A DNA stretch of 41,747 bases, from IMG/VR virus record IMGVR_UViG_3300001866_000188, positions 1 to 41,747 of that record. One strand, written 5' to 3'. Position 1 is the stretch's first letter; every line of letters starts with the position of its first letter. Positions 33,190 to 41,747 of the stretch are shown here, piece after piece. The notes under the pieces are model-generated. The model was not told where the DNA came from and made no database searches. It worked only from the letters and a program-made list of their open reading frames with translations. The stretch is from a virus (lineage: Duplodnaviria; Caudoviricetes). The translations under genes and the position numbers were made by a program.

Positions 33190-33374
33190 CCCTTCCCCGC
33201 CAGGCGGGATTCATCTAAATAACAACTTCCGTCTCTGTCGTGGATTCCCACCAAACAATAACTGTTCTTTAATCTGAATTCTCTTTTGTAAGGGTGTTTG
33301 TCATTAACTATCCTCATAAATACATCCAGAGGACCTATTGCCTTGTAAAATTCATCTTTGGTCACTTTTTTCAT
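33186..33374 (-). CDS. Hypothetical protein
   Basis: AAGGAG SD; 62 aa. Confidence 0.55.
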   Translation of the reverse strand: MKKVTKDEFYKAIGPLDVFMRIVNDKHPYKREFRLKNSYCLVGIHDRDGSCYLDESRLAGKG

Positions 33375-33400
33375 TTGTAATCTCCTTCCTCGGCGGGATT

Positions 33401-33544
33401 TTATTGCTCCATGTATCTATCTGGAAGTGATTCATATTTTTCTTTGTCTGTATCGATATAACATCGCTTACATTTCGTACAAGCACATTTATCATCCGAT
33501 GGCTCATTATGTTTACATCCTTCACAAACGCAATATCTATACAC
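33401..33544 (-). CDS. Small Cys-rich protein (47 aa; not in ORF track)
   Basis: GGAGG SD, GTG start; MYRYCVCEGCKH..CACTKCKRC. Confidence 0.55.
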   Translation of the reverse strand: MYRYCVCEGCKHNEPSDDKCACTKCKRCYIDTDKEKYESLPDRYMEQ

Positions 33545-33586
33545 TTTATTTCCTCCCCTTACTGCGCATAATTAACAGACTGTTCA

Positions 33587-34543
33587 CTACCACGCTTCCG
33601 GTAAATCCGCGTTCAATATATCCTTGACTAGCCCTATAGTCGCCCTGGCCGGTGCATTATGGCGGTATGCTACACATATCAACTCCTCGATAAGGCTCAG
33701 TCTGAAGCTATCCGGGTTAAACTCCGGCGGCTGCACCAATGGAAAGTATGGGATCGGCTCATCGTCCTCAGGCCCAAAACCGTCCTCGCGTGGCATTTCC
33801 TGACCTATGGGCATAACCATGGGCGGTGTTGGATTAAATGCCTGTTCGTCAGAAGGTGTTCCCGTGCGAAGCTCAACACCCGCGCATTGTGGGCAAAGCC
33901 ATCCATCGTGGTAGAATCTTTTCTCTCCCAGCACGGCTCCGCAATGGCGACATACTTTTTTCCAAATCGACGGGTCGGGCGTTGGATCCATTACCCCACC
34001 TGGCGCATACCGGGAGTCTGGTTTACGGCTTTCATCCTGGGTTTTCGGTTCTGGTTGCGATATACTTGATGTTGCAGACTCCTCTTCCCCCTGATCCGGC
34101 TCCTCGCTGCCAAACGTGTCCGGTTCGGGGGTCGGGGTCTGCAATATCGGCACGCCCTCGGCGGTGATTATGTTTTGCTCAACCAGCCACCGTTTTATCG
34201 TTGCCCAGCCAGCTCCGAATTCCTTCATGAGCGGGTCAGTTTTGCCACTATGTTTTTCGAATGCCTCTAATAGTTCCGCTCTGGGTGGTGCTTCTCTCTT
34301 TGTAGGTGCCACTTCACATTCCTCCCCCTTTAATTTTGTTATCTTAACCTTGGCCAATATTAGGTCGTTGATTAGGATGCTGTCCGGGTACAGTTTTCCT
34401 TTGATAGCTATATGCTTACCTGTAACCTGGATAACCTTCCCCATTCTGATCTTTGGCGGCGCTTGTACTCCGCCGGTTGTATGACTATTCACTTCATACT
34501 CAATTTCGTCCCCCGGCCTGATCTCGGCCAAATCTATTACCAT
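33587..34543 (-). CDS. Hypothetical multi-domain protein (SH3-like N-terminus, HTH-like segment, zinc finger)
   Basis: GKVIQVT..I.I..YPDSI, FG.GW.TIKRWL, C..C..LCP.C; Pro/acidic linkers. Confidence 0.65.
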   Translation of the reverse strand: MVIDLAEIRPGDEIEYEVNSHTTGGVQAPPKIRMGKVIQVTGKHIAIKGKLYPDSILINDLILAKVKITKLKGEECEVAPTKREAPPRAELLEAFEKHSGKTDPLMKEFGAGWATIKRWLVEQNIITAEGVPILQTPTPEPDTFGSEEPDQGEEESATSSISQPEPKTQDESRKPDSRYAPGGVMDPTPDPSIWKKVCRHCGAVLGEKRFYHDGWLCPQCAGVELRTGTPSDEQAFNPTPPMVMPIGQEMPREDGFGPEDDEPIPYFPLVQPPEFNPDSFRLSLIEELICVAYRHNAPARATIGLVKDILNADLPEAW

Positions 34544-34551
34544 AGTTCCCC

Positions 34552-34689
34552 TCACTTCCTCCCGAAATATACTAACGCCAGCACCCCGCACATCAGGCCA
34601 GTCGGGTCGAGGTTTGTATAATAAGCAACTGCGCTGCCGACAAATGCCGCTGCGGAAAATATAAACAAATGCTTAATCCCTGTCGGCAT
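34552..34689 (-). CDS. Small membrane peptide (45 aa; not in ORF track)
   Basis: MPTGIKHLFIFSAAAFVGSAVAY..GLMCGVLALVYFGRK; GAGG SD. Confidence 0.5.
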   Translation of the reverse strand: MPTGIKHLFIFSAAAFVGSAVAYYTNLDPTGLMCGVLALVYFGRK

Positions 34690-34694
34690 AATCC

Positions 34695-34873
34695 TCACGC
34701 CTCCTTTTTGCTACTCCCGTACCACTGCAAGTGCTTACAAAGTCCATCCGGGTTCTTCTGCTTCTCTGGATCCGTGCAGCCCTTTTCGTTCAGTGCCCGC
34801 TTCGACAGGTCAATCCCCCTTAACCAACAGTAGGCCACCGGCGGCGGTATTTTAGGCTGAATTATCCCGGCAT
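34695..34873 (-). pseudogene. Frameshifted small Cys/His protein
   Basis: AAGGAGGTG SD followed by ATG CCG GGA TAA. Adding one base at each of two G-runs gives MPGIIQPKIPPPVAYCWL.GIDLSKRALNEKGC..CKHLQWY. Confidence 0.45.
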
Positions 34874-35077
34874 TTGCAACACCTCCTTGCTGGTTTTTAA
34901 GTCCGTTTTGTCATCCCTACCCCCCCCCTGCTTTTCTAAGCAGACGCACCCAGTACAAGAAGAACTCCCACATTCCCTGCAAAAAGTACCATCAGGATGC
35001 CACCCTAAACCTTCACTGTGTACGCCTCCGAGTTCGTCGGTATAAATTTCTCTGCCATCATCATCTTTACCCGTCAT
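34862..35077 (-). CDS. Small Cys-rich hypothetical protein
   Basis: AAAGGAG SD before ATG 35077; G.GW.PDG.FC.EC...C..C. Confidence 0.6.
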   Translation of the reverse strand: MTGKDDDGREIYTDELGGVHSEGLGWHPDGTFCRECGSSSCTGCVCLEKQGGGRDDKTDLKTSKEVLQMPG

Positions 35078-35091
35078 AACTAGCTCTCCTT

Positions 35092-36474
35092 TTAAGCCAC
35101 CCGGCACTTATCGATGCGGACCTTAAGTGTTTGCATTAATCGCTCCTGAGTATTCCCGTTGTATTGTAAAACTTCTAAAATGTCCTCGTCGCGTCCACCT
35201 TCCACTATCAATCGATGCACAATAACCTTTTTCGTTTGCCCCTGCCTATCTAATCTCTCAATCGCCTGTAGATACAATTCCAGGCTCCAGGTTAAGCCAA
35301 ACCAAACTATGTGATTGCCGCCATCTTGGAGATTTAAGCCGTAGGCGCTGCTGGCGGGATGCGTAAGTAATACATCCACATTGCCTGCGTTCCACTCATC
35401 TTCATCCGCTACCGTTTTTAACTCCCGCACCTTCAAGCCTGTACCTGCCAGGGCGGCTTTAAGCCTCGGTACATCATGCCGAAAACCATAGAATACTAAC
35501 GCCGGTTTCCCGTTTAAGCTCTCTATTAGCTCCATAAAAGCTTCGACCTTACAGTTATGGATTTCATGTACTCCTCTATTCTCGTCATAGATAGCCCCAT
35601 TACAAAGCTGTTGAAGTTTATTAGATAAGGCTGCGGCACTCGGTGCAGCGATAATGGTTCCAGGGTCTACCTCTAAAAGCATTTTCCGTTCCATTTCCTG
35701 ATAAGCCTTTTGGGCTTTAGTATCCAAAATTACTGAAATATCGTTGTATGTGACGCCCGGTAATTCTAAGTAGTCCTCTTTTTTCAAAACCACGCATATA
35801 TCACTAATTAAAGCCATAATCGCTTCTTCTGCGCCGGGTTTCGGGGTATAACTAAAACCGTCATAACCGCGTTCAAAATATCTCTCCCGATATCCGCTAA
35901 ACGTTTTTCCTAAACGTTTACCACCGTCAAGGAGATATATCTGTGCCCATAAGTCCAATAGGCCTTTAGGCGAAGGCGTTCCTGTTAATTCAATAATTCG
36001 TTTTTCCCAAGGTTTTATCCAAGTAAGTGCTTTAAATCGCTTTGCCGAAGGATTTTTAAAGCTTGTAGCTTCATCAAGAACTAATTCATGAAACGGCCAA
36101 GCGTTGCGATAATAATCAACAATCCAACAAACGTTTTCCCGGTTGATTATATATAAATCTCCTGGGGTATTAAGGGCTCTAATTCTTCGCTTTTCGCTTC
36201 CCAACACCTGGATTATTCGTAAATTCTTTAAATGCTCCCATTTTTGCTGTTCTTTATTCCAAGATGATTCAGCTACTTTTTTGGGCGCTACTACCAATGT
36301 TTTACCAACTAAAAACCGATTATATTTTAAGTCGTTTAATGCTGATGCCGTAATAGACGTTTTTCCTAACCCTGGATCAAGCCATAATGCTAAAGCATTA
36401 TCGGTAATCGCGCGCTGTATACAATATCTTTGGTAAGCGTGTGGTTCGTATTTCACTATTTCACTCCCATGCAC
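35092..36474 (-). CDS. SNF2-like DEAD/DEAH helicase (likely start GTG 36456)
   Basis: PHAYQ, GLGKT, VLDEATSFK, LTGTP, GLNLQ.GG, RL.RQGQ. Confidence 0.92.
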   Translation of the reverse strand: MHGSEIVKYEPHAYQRYCIQRAITDNALALWLDPGLGKTSITASALNDLKYNRFLVGKTLVVAPKKVAESSWNKEQQKWEHLKNLRIIQVLGSEKRRIRALNTPGDLYIINRENVCWIVDYYRNAWPFHELVLDEATSFKNPSAKRFKALTWIKPWEKRIIELTGTPSPKGLLDLWAQIYLLDGGKRLGKTFSGYRERYFERGYDGFSYTPKPGAEEAIMALISDICVVLKKEDYLELPGVTYNDISVILDTKAQKAYQEMERKMLLEVDPGTIIAAPSAAALSNKLQQLCNGAIYDENRGVHEIHNCKVEAFMELIESLNGKPALVFYGFRHDVPRLKAALAGTGLKVRELKTVADEDEWNAGNVDVLLTHPASSAYGLNLQDGGNHIVWFGLTWSLELYLQAIERLDRQGQTKKVIVHRLIVEGGRDEDILEVLQYNGNTQERLMQTLKVRIDKCRVA

Positions 36475-36740
36475 TGAAAAATAAAATCGTCAACAGCGCT
36501 TTTACTGTCCAGAATTAAAACCTGAAATCCCATTTCCCTAATTCGCCGTTGCTGCAGCTCTTGTAAGGGCGTGAATTTCTTCCCCGGGGCTTTTAACTCA
36601 ACGAATGCAATCATTCCACCGGGAAACATTACTATCCGATCTGGCACCCCTGAATTGCCTGGTGAAACGAATTTATATGCCCTGCCGTTAAATTCTTTAG
36701 CTCTATTCCGGAGATATTCTTCGATGGTTTTTTCCCTCAC
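36456..36740 (-). CDS. VRR-NUC nuclease
   Basis: EK.IE..L, KFVSPG..GVPDR, FVELKAPG...LQ. Confidence 0.92.
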   Translation of the reverse strand: MREKTIEEYLRNRAKEFNGRAYKFVSPGNSGVPDRIVMFPGGMIAFVELKAPGKKFTPLQELQQRRIREMGFQVLILDSKSAVDDFIFQCMGVK

Positions 36741-36982
36741 GCGGCTCCGCCTTCTTTCGGCATAAACCAATACTGTATGCCGTTTCTGTCTTCGGAAATG
36801 ATACCAAGCTCTTTTCTTGCGTCCTTCATAGCTCTTTTATTCAACCCTTGGTCACGTCCAATTATCAAAAGGGTTTTAACATTTACACCGTTTGCGGCTT
36901 CAGGAGATTGTAATAAATTTTTAAGTAATACCCTTGCAATATTGGTTTTATCTTCTTGCGTGAGAAAAGGTCCTGAACTCAT
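36737..36982 (-). CDS. Hypothetical protein
   Basis: 81-aa ORF coupled to VRR-NUC; ARKELGI..W winged-helix-like pattern. Confidence 0.55.
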   Translation of the reverse strand: MSSGPFLTQEDKTNIARVLLKNLLQSPEAANGVNVKTLLIIGRDQGLNKRAMKDARKELGIISEDRNGIQYWFMPKEGGAA

Positions 36983-37016
36983 TGCCGCTCATCATCCCTC
37001 TCTTAAAAATTTTGGC

Positions 37017-37273
37017 CTGTTACATTCTCGGGATTTTTCCTTATGTGCTTCTGTATTAGGTATATTAGGGTATATCTATATCCCCTATTTCCTTTATTTT
37101 TATTATCTCTATAGAAAGAATGTAACAAATGTAACAGTAGGTCTTTATCCCGCTACGCACCGGACTTTGAAGTCGTTACATTGAATGTATCAAATGTAAC
37201 GAATGTATCAATTTTTGTTACATTCTCTGTTACATTCTCGGAGAATGTAACAGGAGTTTGTAACAAATGTAAT
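37017..37273. repeat. Cluster of about 12 AATGTA(A/T)C / GTTACATT motifs; putative replication origin
   Basis: Direct and inverted copies, a perfect 13-bp palindrome at 37227-37253, and an AT-rich stretch near 37060-37115. Confidence 0.7.
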
Positions 37274-39666
37274 AGCCTTGAATAACCTCTTTGTAAACCG
37301 TAAGCTTTCCCGAATTGTCGGCCATTGCGGTCCTTCTTCCAGCCTTTCAGGTTATCCAGTATGTTATTGATTTCTACGGCGTCTGATCTACGCATCATAC
37401 TGATATCTTTGTAAAAACACTCGCACCAGACTTCTGCAGCACATATTCTATCCCGTAAAACAGTATCGGATTTTGTTTTCTCAAACTCACCAGACCAGTA
37501 CATACGTCGTTCATTTACAGACCGGCTGGCCCAATTCGCAGGTATTTCCCTGTCCACGAACTCGCGTATGATGCCCTCTTTCGCATTGCTCTCCCTGTGC
37601 GCTTCCTGTTCCTGTAAGGAAATTGCTTCCGCTTCTCCTGTAAGATATAAAGGCTCTCCCAGTTGCCAGTATACAAAGGCTTCTGCCCATATTTGATTAA
37701 CCTCGCCTTCTAATTGAGTAAAAATGTTTTTTGTAGGCGGCTGCAGGCCAACGTCCACCGGCCAGAATCTTCTATTGCCCGTACGGTCCCTAAGGAATTC
37801 ACTGTCATTGGTGGTTCCGAAGAACACGCAGCGGCGCGGGTAAAGATTAGTATGTCGTCCATACGGCTCTCTGAAAATGTCCTCCGTACGGCTTAAGAAC
37901 TGCTTCACGGCATTTGTTTCTGACCGGGACATGCCGCTAAGCTCACCCAGCTCATTAATCCATACGCCCTGGATCATTTCCGCAGCTTCCTTGCCCTCAA
38001 ACGTCTGCAGGCTATCGGAGTACCAACGACGGCCTAACAGACGTAACAGGGTGCTTTTGCCTATCCCCTGCGGTCCGGCTAATATTGGCATGTAGTCATA
38101 TTTAACCCCTGGGGTCATAGCGCGGGCCACGGCTGCGGCCAGGCTCTTGCGTATTACTGCCCGGGAATAAACATTATCTTCAGCCCCCAGGTAGTCTATA
38201 AGCAGAGTGTCCAGGCGTTTAACACCGTCCCAGTGTAAGCCAGTCAGGTATTCCTGAACATCGTTAAATTTATTTTTATGGGAACAGAGGGTCATGGCGG
38301 CGTACATGCGCTTATCGGCTATCTGGATGCCGTAGACGTGCTCCAGGTGGTGAAGCATACCGGCGTCGTCCGGATCACCCCATACCCGTCTTTCCGTCCT
38401 GCTGTCCCACGGCAGCGCACCCAGGGCCAGGCCCCTGTTGGCGAACTCGTCAAAGGCCAGCTTACCTTTAAGCAGAGGATCGTTCTCCAGGATCACCAGG
38501 ACGTTGTTAATAGTTTTGGTAGGAACGCCTGTAGTAGAACTGACCTGCAGTTTGCTTATCCAGTTTGCAGTATAAGTCGGGTCGGTGTTAAATTCCTGCG
38601 TGGCCTTCTCATAACGCTCCTGGTTGAGCAGCGCGGCGATGTAGGTATCTGATACTACAAATTCACACATAGCTAGGTAGGACGGTAGCTTATTTGTTGG
38701 AGTATCCGGCTTGGCATCGTCGTCTTTATCGCTGAATTTATGAAGCCGGATAAGATCAAAAGCGTTAACCAGTTTGCCGCCTGCCGGGTCCGTTGCGTGG
38801 TGGCTGTAAAGGAATTGCCCGTTATCATAAATCACTGCGCCGCCTACTGTGCTACCTTTGGTATAGGTAAACCGCCCCGGGTCGTTTTCACAAGGCTCGT
38901 ATATCCCAGGGAGGAAAGTGTCCATAGCCTGGTAGATATCGTACGTCTTGCAAAACGCTCCCACGATACCGGACTTGGCCGTAGGATCGCCTTGTTTGTC
39001 CGCCAACCTTTGATTGTTTTGGGCTCCAGGCACTTCCGGCCACTCTGCCACGTTGCGCCAGTTCGTATACATACCCAGGATGCCGTCAGTGTCCAGGAAA
39101 GCTTTGTCCCCGTACTGATACACATATTGGCTGTCAGCGCTGCAGCTGGGCCAGTACATAAGTCGGTGCGTCTCGAAGGTCGTAGGGTCGCATAGCTCAA
39201 TGCCTATAATGCTGGCCAGTTTACGAGATAAAGGTTGATATTCGTCCGCTGTGGCTGTCCTATTCAACGGTACCAGGATACGTAAGCGCGGCCTGGCCTC
39301 TTCATGCTTCCGAGTGGAGTACACGGCGTAGGCGCAGCCCAGGCTTTCTATCCGGCGTAAAATGTTTTGCGTGTCGCCCGGCTGAATGTTGTCTAAGTCC
39401 AGAGTGATAACGTCCCTGCCGGTAACGTTGCTTACCTTACGCCGGTTATTAAGCAGTGTGCCTGCTACAAAGCCCCCCACGTCCTTTAGATCGTCCTGTT
39501 TGGACTTCGGAAAGCGCAGGTATTCGGCTAATGTCTCCGTCCCTCTGGCCGGGGTCTTAAGACGATCTACCAGCTCCGACCAATAAAGGGTCTGAGTAGG
39601 CCAACGCGTGGCCTTACGGCTATTTCCGTATGAGATCGATATCTGTCGGTCATTATTTATGAGCAC
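37153..39666 (-). CDS. Virulence-associated E (VirE/VapE) family primase-helicase
   Basis: KDVGGFV.G, TLDLD, YSTRKH, HHATDP, G.QGIGKST, GTTN..FLRD.TGNRRFWP. Confidence 0.92.
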   Translation of the reverse strand: MLINNDRQISISYGNSRKATRWPTQTLYWSELVDRLKTPARGTETLAEYLRFPKSKQDDLKDVGGFVAGTLLNNRRKVSNVTGRDVITLDLDNIQPGDTQNILRRIESLGCAYAVYSTRKHEEARPRLRILVPLNRTATADEYQPLSRKLASIIGIELCDPTTFETHRLMYWPSCSADSQYVYQYGDKAFLDTDGILGMYTNWRNVAEWPEVPGAQNNQRLADKQGDPTAKSGIVGAFCKTYDIYQAMDTFLPGIYEPCENDPGRFTYTKGSTVGGAVIYDNGQFLYSHHATDPAGGKLVNAFDLIRLHKFSDKDDDAKPDTPTNKLPSYLAMCEFVVSDTYIAALLNQERYEKATQEFNTDPTYTANWISKLQVSSTTGVPTKTINNVLVILENDPLLKGKLAFDEFANRGLALGALPWDSRTERRVWGDPDDAGMLHHLEHVYGIQIADKRMYAAMTLCSHKNKFNDVQEYLTGLHWDGVKRLDTLLIDYLGAEDNVYSRAVIRKSLAAAVARAMTPGVKYDYMPILAGPQGIGKSTLLRLLGRRWYSDSLQTFEGKEAAEMIQGVWINELGELSGMSRSETNAVKQFLSRTEDIFREPYGRHTNLYPRRCVFFGTTNDSEFLRDRTGNRRFWPVDVGLQPPTKNIFTQLEGEVNQIWAEAFVYWQLGEPLYLTGEAEAISLQEQEAHRESNAKEGIIREFVDREIPANWASRSVNERRMYWSGEFEKTKSDTVLRDRICAAEVWCECFYKDISMMRRSDAVEINNILDNLKGWKKDRNGRQFGKAYGLQRGYSRLLHLLQTPVTFSENVTENVTKIDTFVTFDTFNVTTSKSGA

Positions 39667-39680
39667 GGAGCATAACTCCT

Positions 39681-40499
39681 TTAACTGTTTATAGCAGCTT
39701 TTTTCTTTCTGCTGCGTTTGCTTTTACGTTTTTGTTCATTAATTTTGTTGTATAAATCAGCAATTATAATACCTGTCCTGGTCAATTCGGCGTCGTTCTG
39801 AATTAAATGCTGTTGATTTAACCTGGCCAGTTGCGCACGGGAAACTGGAATTAAATTATCTAAATCAAAATTACGGTGATTTCCATCCCCGAATATAATC
39901 ACATGCCCTTTGGGTACCGGGCCATTGACAGTCTCCCAGATTAATATGTGCTTGGCTTTCCAGTTCTTGTTCAATTTGCCGTCCGCAATTTTTAACTCTG
40001 TATACCCATCCTTGCTTATTCTTTCGGTCCCGATCGGCACCCAGTTGTGTGACTTATTGCCCTTCTTAAACTGGGTGGCTTTGCATCCTTCATAGGTAAT
40101 CCCCTTTTTACCTTTGTTAAAAGGGACATTGCCTTTGGGGAAATAGCCGGTAATTCCGCTGTTTAGCTTATGCCGGCTGTACCATGCTTTCATCTGTGAA
40201 TGCGTGTAATTTGTCCCGAACGTCTCATTTAGTTTTGTTGCCATTTCCTTTGGGCCGACTCCGGCATAATTTTCTTTGATGAAGTTTTTAATTTTATGAG
40301 GATATATCCAGGACGGTCTTCCAACCGTAATACCGCGGCGCCCGCTTTTTAATTTATGGTTCGCTTTATAGCACTTCATTTTGTCCTCGGTAAAGTCTGT
40401 ACCGAACCTATCATTGACTAATACAGCAAGGTCTCTGTTGGTAATCCCGCGAACATTCTCAGCTATAAACCTTTTCACTTCTTCGGAATATTTTTTCAC
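39681..40499 (-). CDS. HNH endonuclease with repeated N-terminal DNA-binding units
   Basis: Two N..FGT..T repeats, FKKG repeats, KH..IWE..NGPVPKGH..IF.DGN..N..LDNL. Confidence 0.88.
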   Translation of the reverse strand: MKKYSEEVKRFIAENVRGITNRDLAVLVNDRFGTDFTEDKMKCYKANHKLKSGRRGITVGRPSWIYPHKIKNFIKENYAGVGPKEMATKLNETFGTNYTHSQMKAWYSRHKLNSGITGYFPKGNVPFNKGKKGITYEGCKATQFKKGNKSHNWVPIGTERISKDGYTELKIADGKLNKNWKAKHILIWETVNGPVPKGHVIIFGDGNHRNFDLDNLIPVSRAQLARLNQQHLIQNDAELTRTGIIIADLYNKINEQKRKSKRSRKKKAAINS

Positions 40500-40508
40500 T
40501 GGCTATCC

Positions 40509-40763
40509 CTACTCCCCACAAAAGGCTGCGCGTAACATCGGGGGCATTTTTTTATCGTCGTTATTTCCGTCGCCGTACTCATACATAAGAGACTTTGCTT
40601 TTAATACCAATGATCCGTTTGAAATAATTTGAGTTGCAATATCTGAAATAGCTTTTGCCCTGTTAATCTCCGCAGTAAGCTTTTCGCCGGTCAAATCTTC
40701 CTCCCCCAAGCGTTCAAGCTGTGCGAATAAATGGTTATTTAAGTCACCTAAAGTGTTTTGCAT
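40509..40763 (-). CDS. Conserved phage protein preceding HNH
   Basis: MQNTLGDLNNHLFAQLERL..EI.RAKA...A..II.NG.L. Confidence 0.75.
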   Translation of the reverse strand: MQNTLGDLNNHLFAQLERLGEEDLTGEKLTAEINRAKAISDIATQIISNGSLVLKAKSLMYEYGDGNNDDKKMPPMLRAAFCGE

Positions 40764-40780
40764 ATACTCGCCTACTTTCT

Positions 40781-41372
40781 TTAAGAGGTCTTTGCATCTG
40801 GTATATCTCGCCAACCTACTCCAATGTAATCAAGAACCTCTCCCCAGCCATACTTTCTACCGGTTTTCTCGTTGGTAACGCAAGCATACATCCAGAAGTT
40901 CCATTCTTTTGGATTATCCTGCCGTAATCTATCAAATCGGTGAGGTCTTTTTTCAATGTGGATACCAAAACCGCACATCGTACAGCCTGTCCTCTGTGCT
41001 CTCGTAGTTCTTAAGGCACCGTTAGGATCCCGAACAATTTTTCCGTATATCTCAGGAACTGGTACTTTTAGATCCAGGGCCAATTGTAAAATATCCTGAC
41101 GATTGAAGATTGCAAAGGGACACGATCTAATTACGGTTTTTCCATAATAGTTACGATGCTTTTATCTTCGAGGCTTGATACCGACACCCCGGGAATGTTT
41201 TTACTAATGAATTTTCTTAAGAAAATTAATAGGGTTATACTGTCTAATCCACCTACGCTACAGAACACGTCCCCCCCATGTGATTATAGAATTCTCGGGC
41301 TTTTATCTCAGCGTGCCGCACCTTGGCTTCATAAGGCAAACTTTGCTTTTGCCTAAATTCATAAGGTTCCGT
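40781..41372 (-). pseudogene. PAPS-reductase-like phage gene, degraded
   Basis: QSLPYEAK, SVGGLDS and RTGC.MCGFG..RF..L...NPK fragments lie in three frames. ACG occupies the expected start, there is a G7 frameshift, and an apparent internal deletion near 41154. Confidence 0.75.
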
Positions 41373-41401
41373 TTTTAACAACTCCTTTCTTGAATCGGTC
41401 T

Positions 41402-41747
41402 TTATCTATTAGCTTTGAAAAAAGCTTGGGCAAAGCCCGGTGGCGTAATTGCTCTTAAAGCAGCTCTGTTTAAACCTAATCCCCGGTATTCTTCTGGTAC
41501 TATTGGTGCAGAATAGGCCCTGCCATTTGAGCGGCCATTAGGAAATTTTTTGATTAAATCATCTGGTTTATTGAGTACTGTTTTGATGGGTTCTTTAAAA
41601 TAGCCCCATATATCCGTAGGCTTTATCCCTTCATCTCCGAATTGCCATTGTTCAAACGTATAATGTGGTATACCTAAAAACTGCCTTAGGAAGCCTTTCG
41701 GATTTTCTAACGCCCAAAACTTTAACCCCCCCCCCCCGCAATCTACA
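41402..41747 (-). CDS. DNA cytosine-methyltransferase-like protein, 3' part (starts beyond window)
   Basis: FWALENP (motif VI-like), K.T.IWG.F and C-terminal RAITPPGFA.AFF.AN. Confidence 0.65.
   Translation of the reverse strand, partial: VDCGGGGLKFWALENPKGFLRQFLGIPHYTFEQWQFGDEGIKPTDIWGYFKEPIKTVLNKPDDLIKKFPNGRSNGRAYSAPIVPEEYRGLGLNRAALRAITPPGFAQAFFKANR

Larger units (their letters stand above)
576..41747 (-). mobile_element. Temperate siphovirus prophage integrated in comM (extends beyond the right edge; integrase not in window)
   Basis: Co-oriented replication, terminase, portal, capsid, tail, tape measure, Dit/Tal and lysis modules in canonical order. Confidence 0.95.

Noticed and set aside
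33358-33627. Plus-strand 89-aa ORF
   Set aside because: It is antisense to a better-supported minus-strand Cys-rich ORF with an SD.
34920-34928. C9 tract as a phase-variation site
   Set aside because: It lies near the 3' end of a tiny hypothetical gene, so slippage would alter only the tail; no further support.
41156-41356. Plus-strand 66-aa ORF
   Set aside because: It is the antisense of the PAPS-reductase-like pseudogene N-terminus.
1-41747. tRNA, rRNA or integrase genes
   Set aside because: None recognised by eye; the integrase and immunity module probably lie beyond the right edge. tRNAscan-SE or Infernal would be needed to exclude small RNAs.

Overview
The window starts in the host comM/YifB Mg-chelatase-like gene. 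That gene is cut at its MNPCPC motif (~575) by a siphovirus-type prophage of a Firmicutes (probably Clostridia) host. The prophage lies mostly on the minus strand and runs past the right edge. From right to left it carries a decaying early/replication region (methyltransferase-like gene, PAPS-reductase-like pseudogene, HNH, VirE primase with ori-like repeats, VRR-NUC, SNF2 helicase), terminases, portal, a MuF minor capsid-toxin/immunity pair, head and tail genes, a lysis cassette that includes a papain-family protease, morons, and a double-HTH gene at attL. The standout feature is a 326-aa intein in the MuF gene. Its homing endonuclease is not in the intein frame: it is a complete 299-aa HTH-HTH-Vsr/DUF559-like gene on the opposite strand. 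The antisense of the conserved intein splicing motifs spells this gene's -10 box, Shine-Dalgarno, start codon and stop codon. All family assignments are from motif recognition by eye, not database searches.
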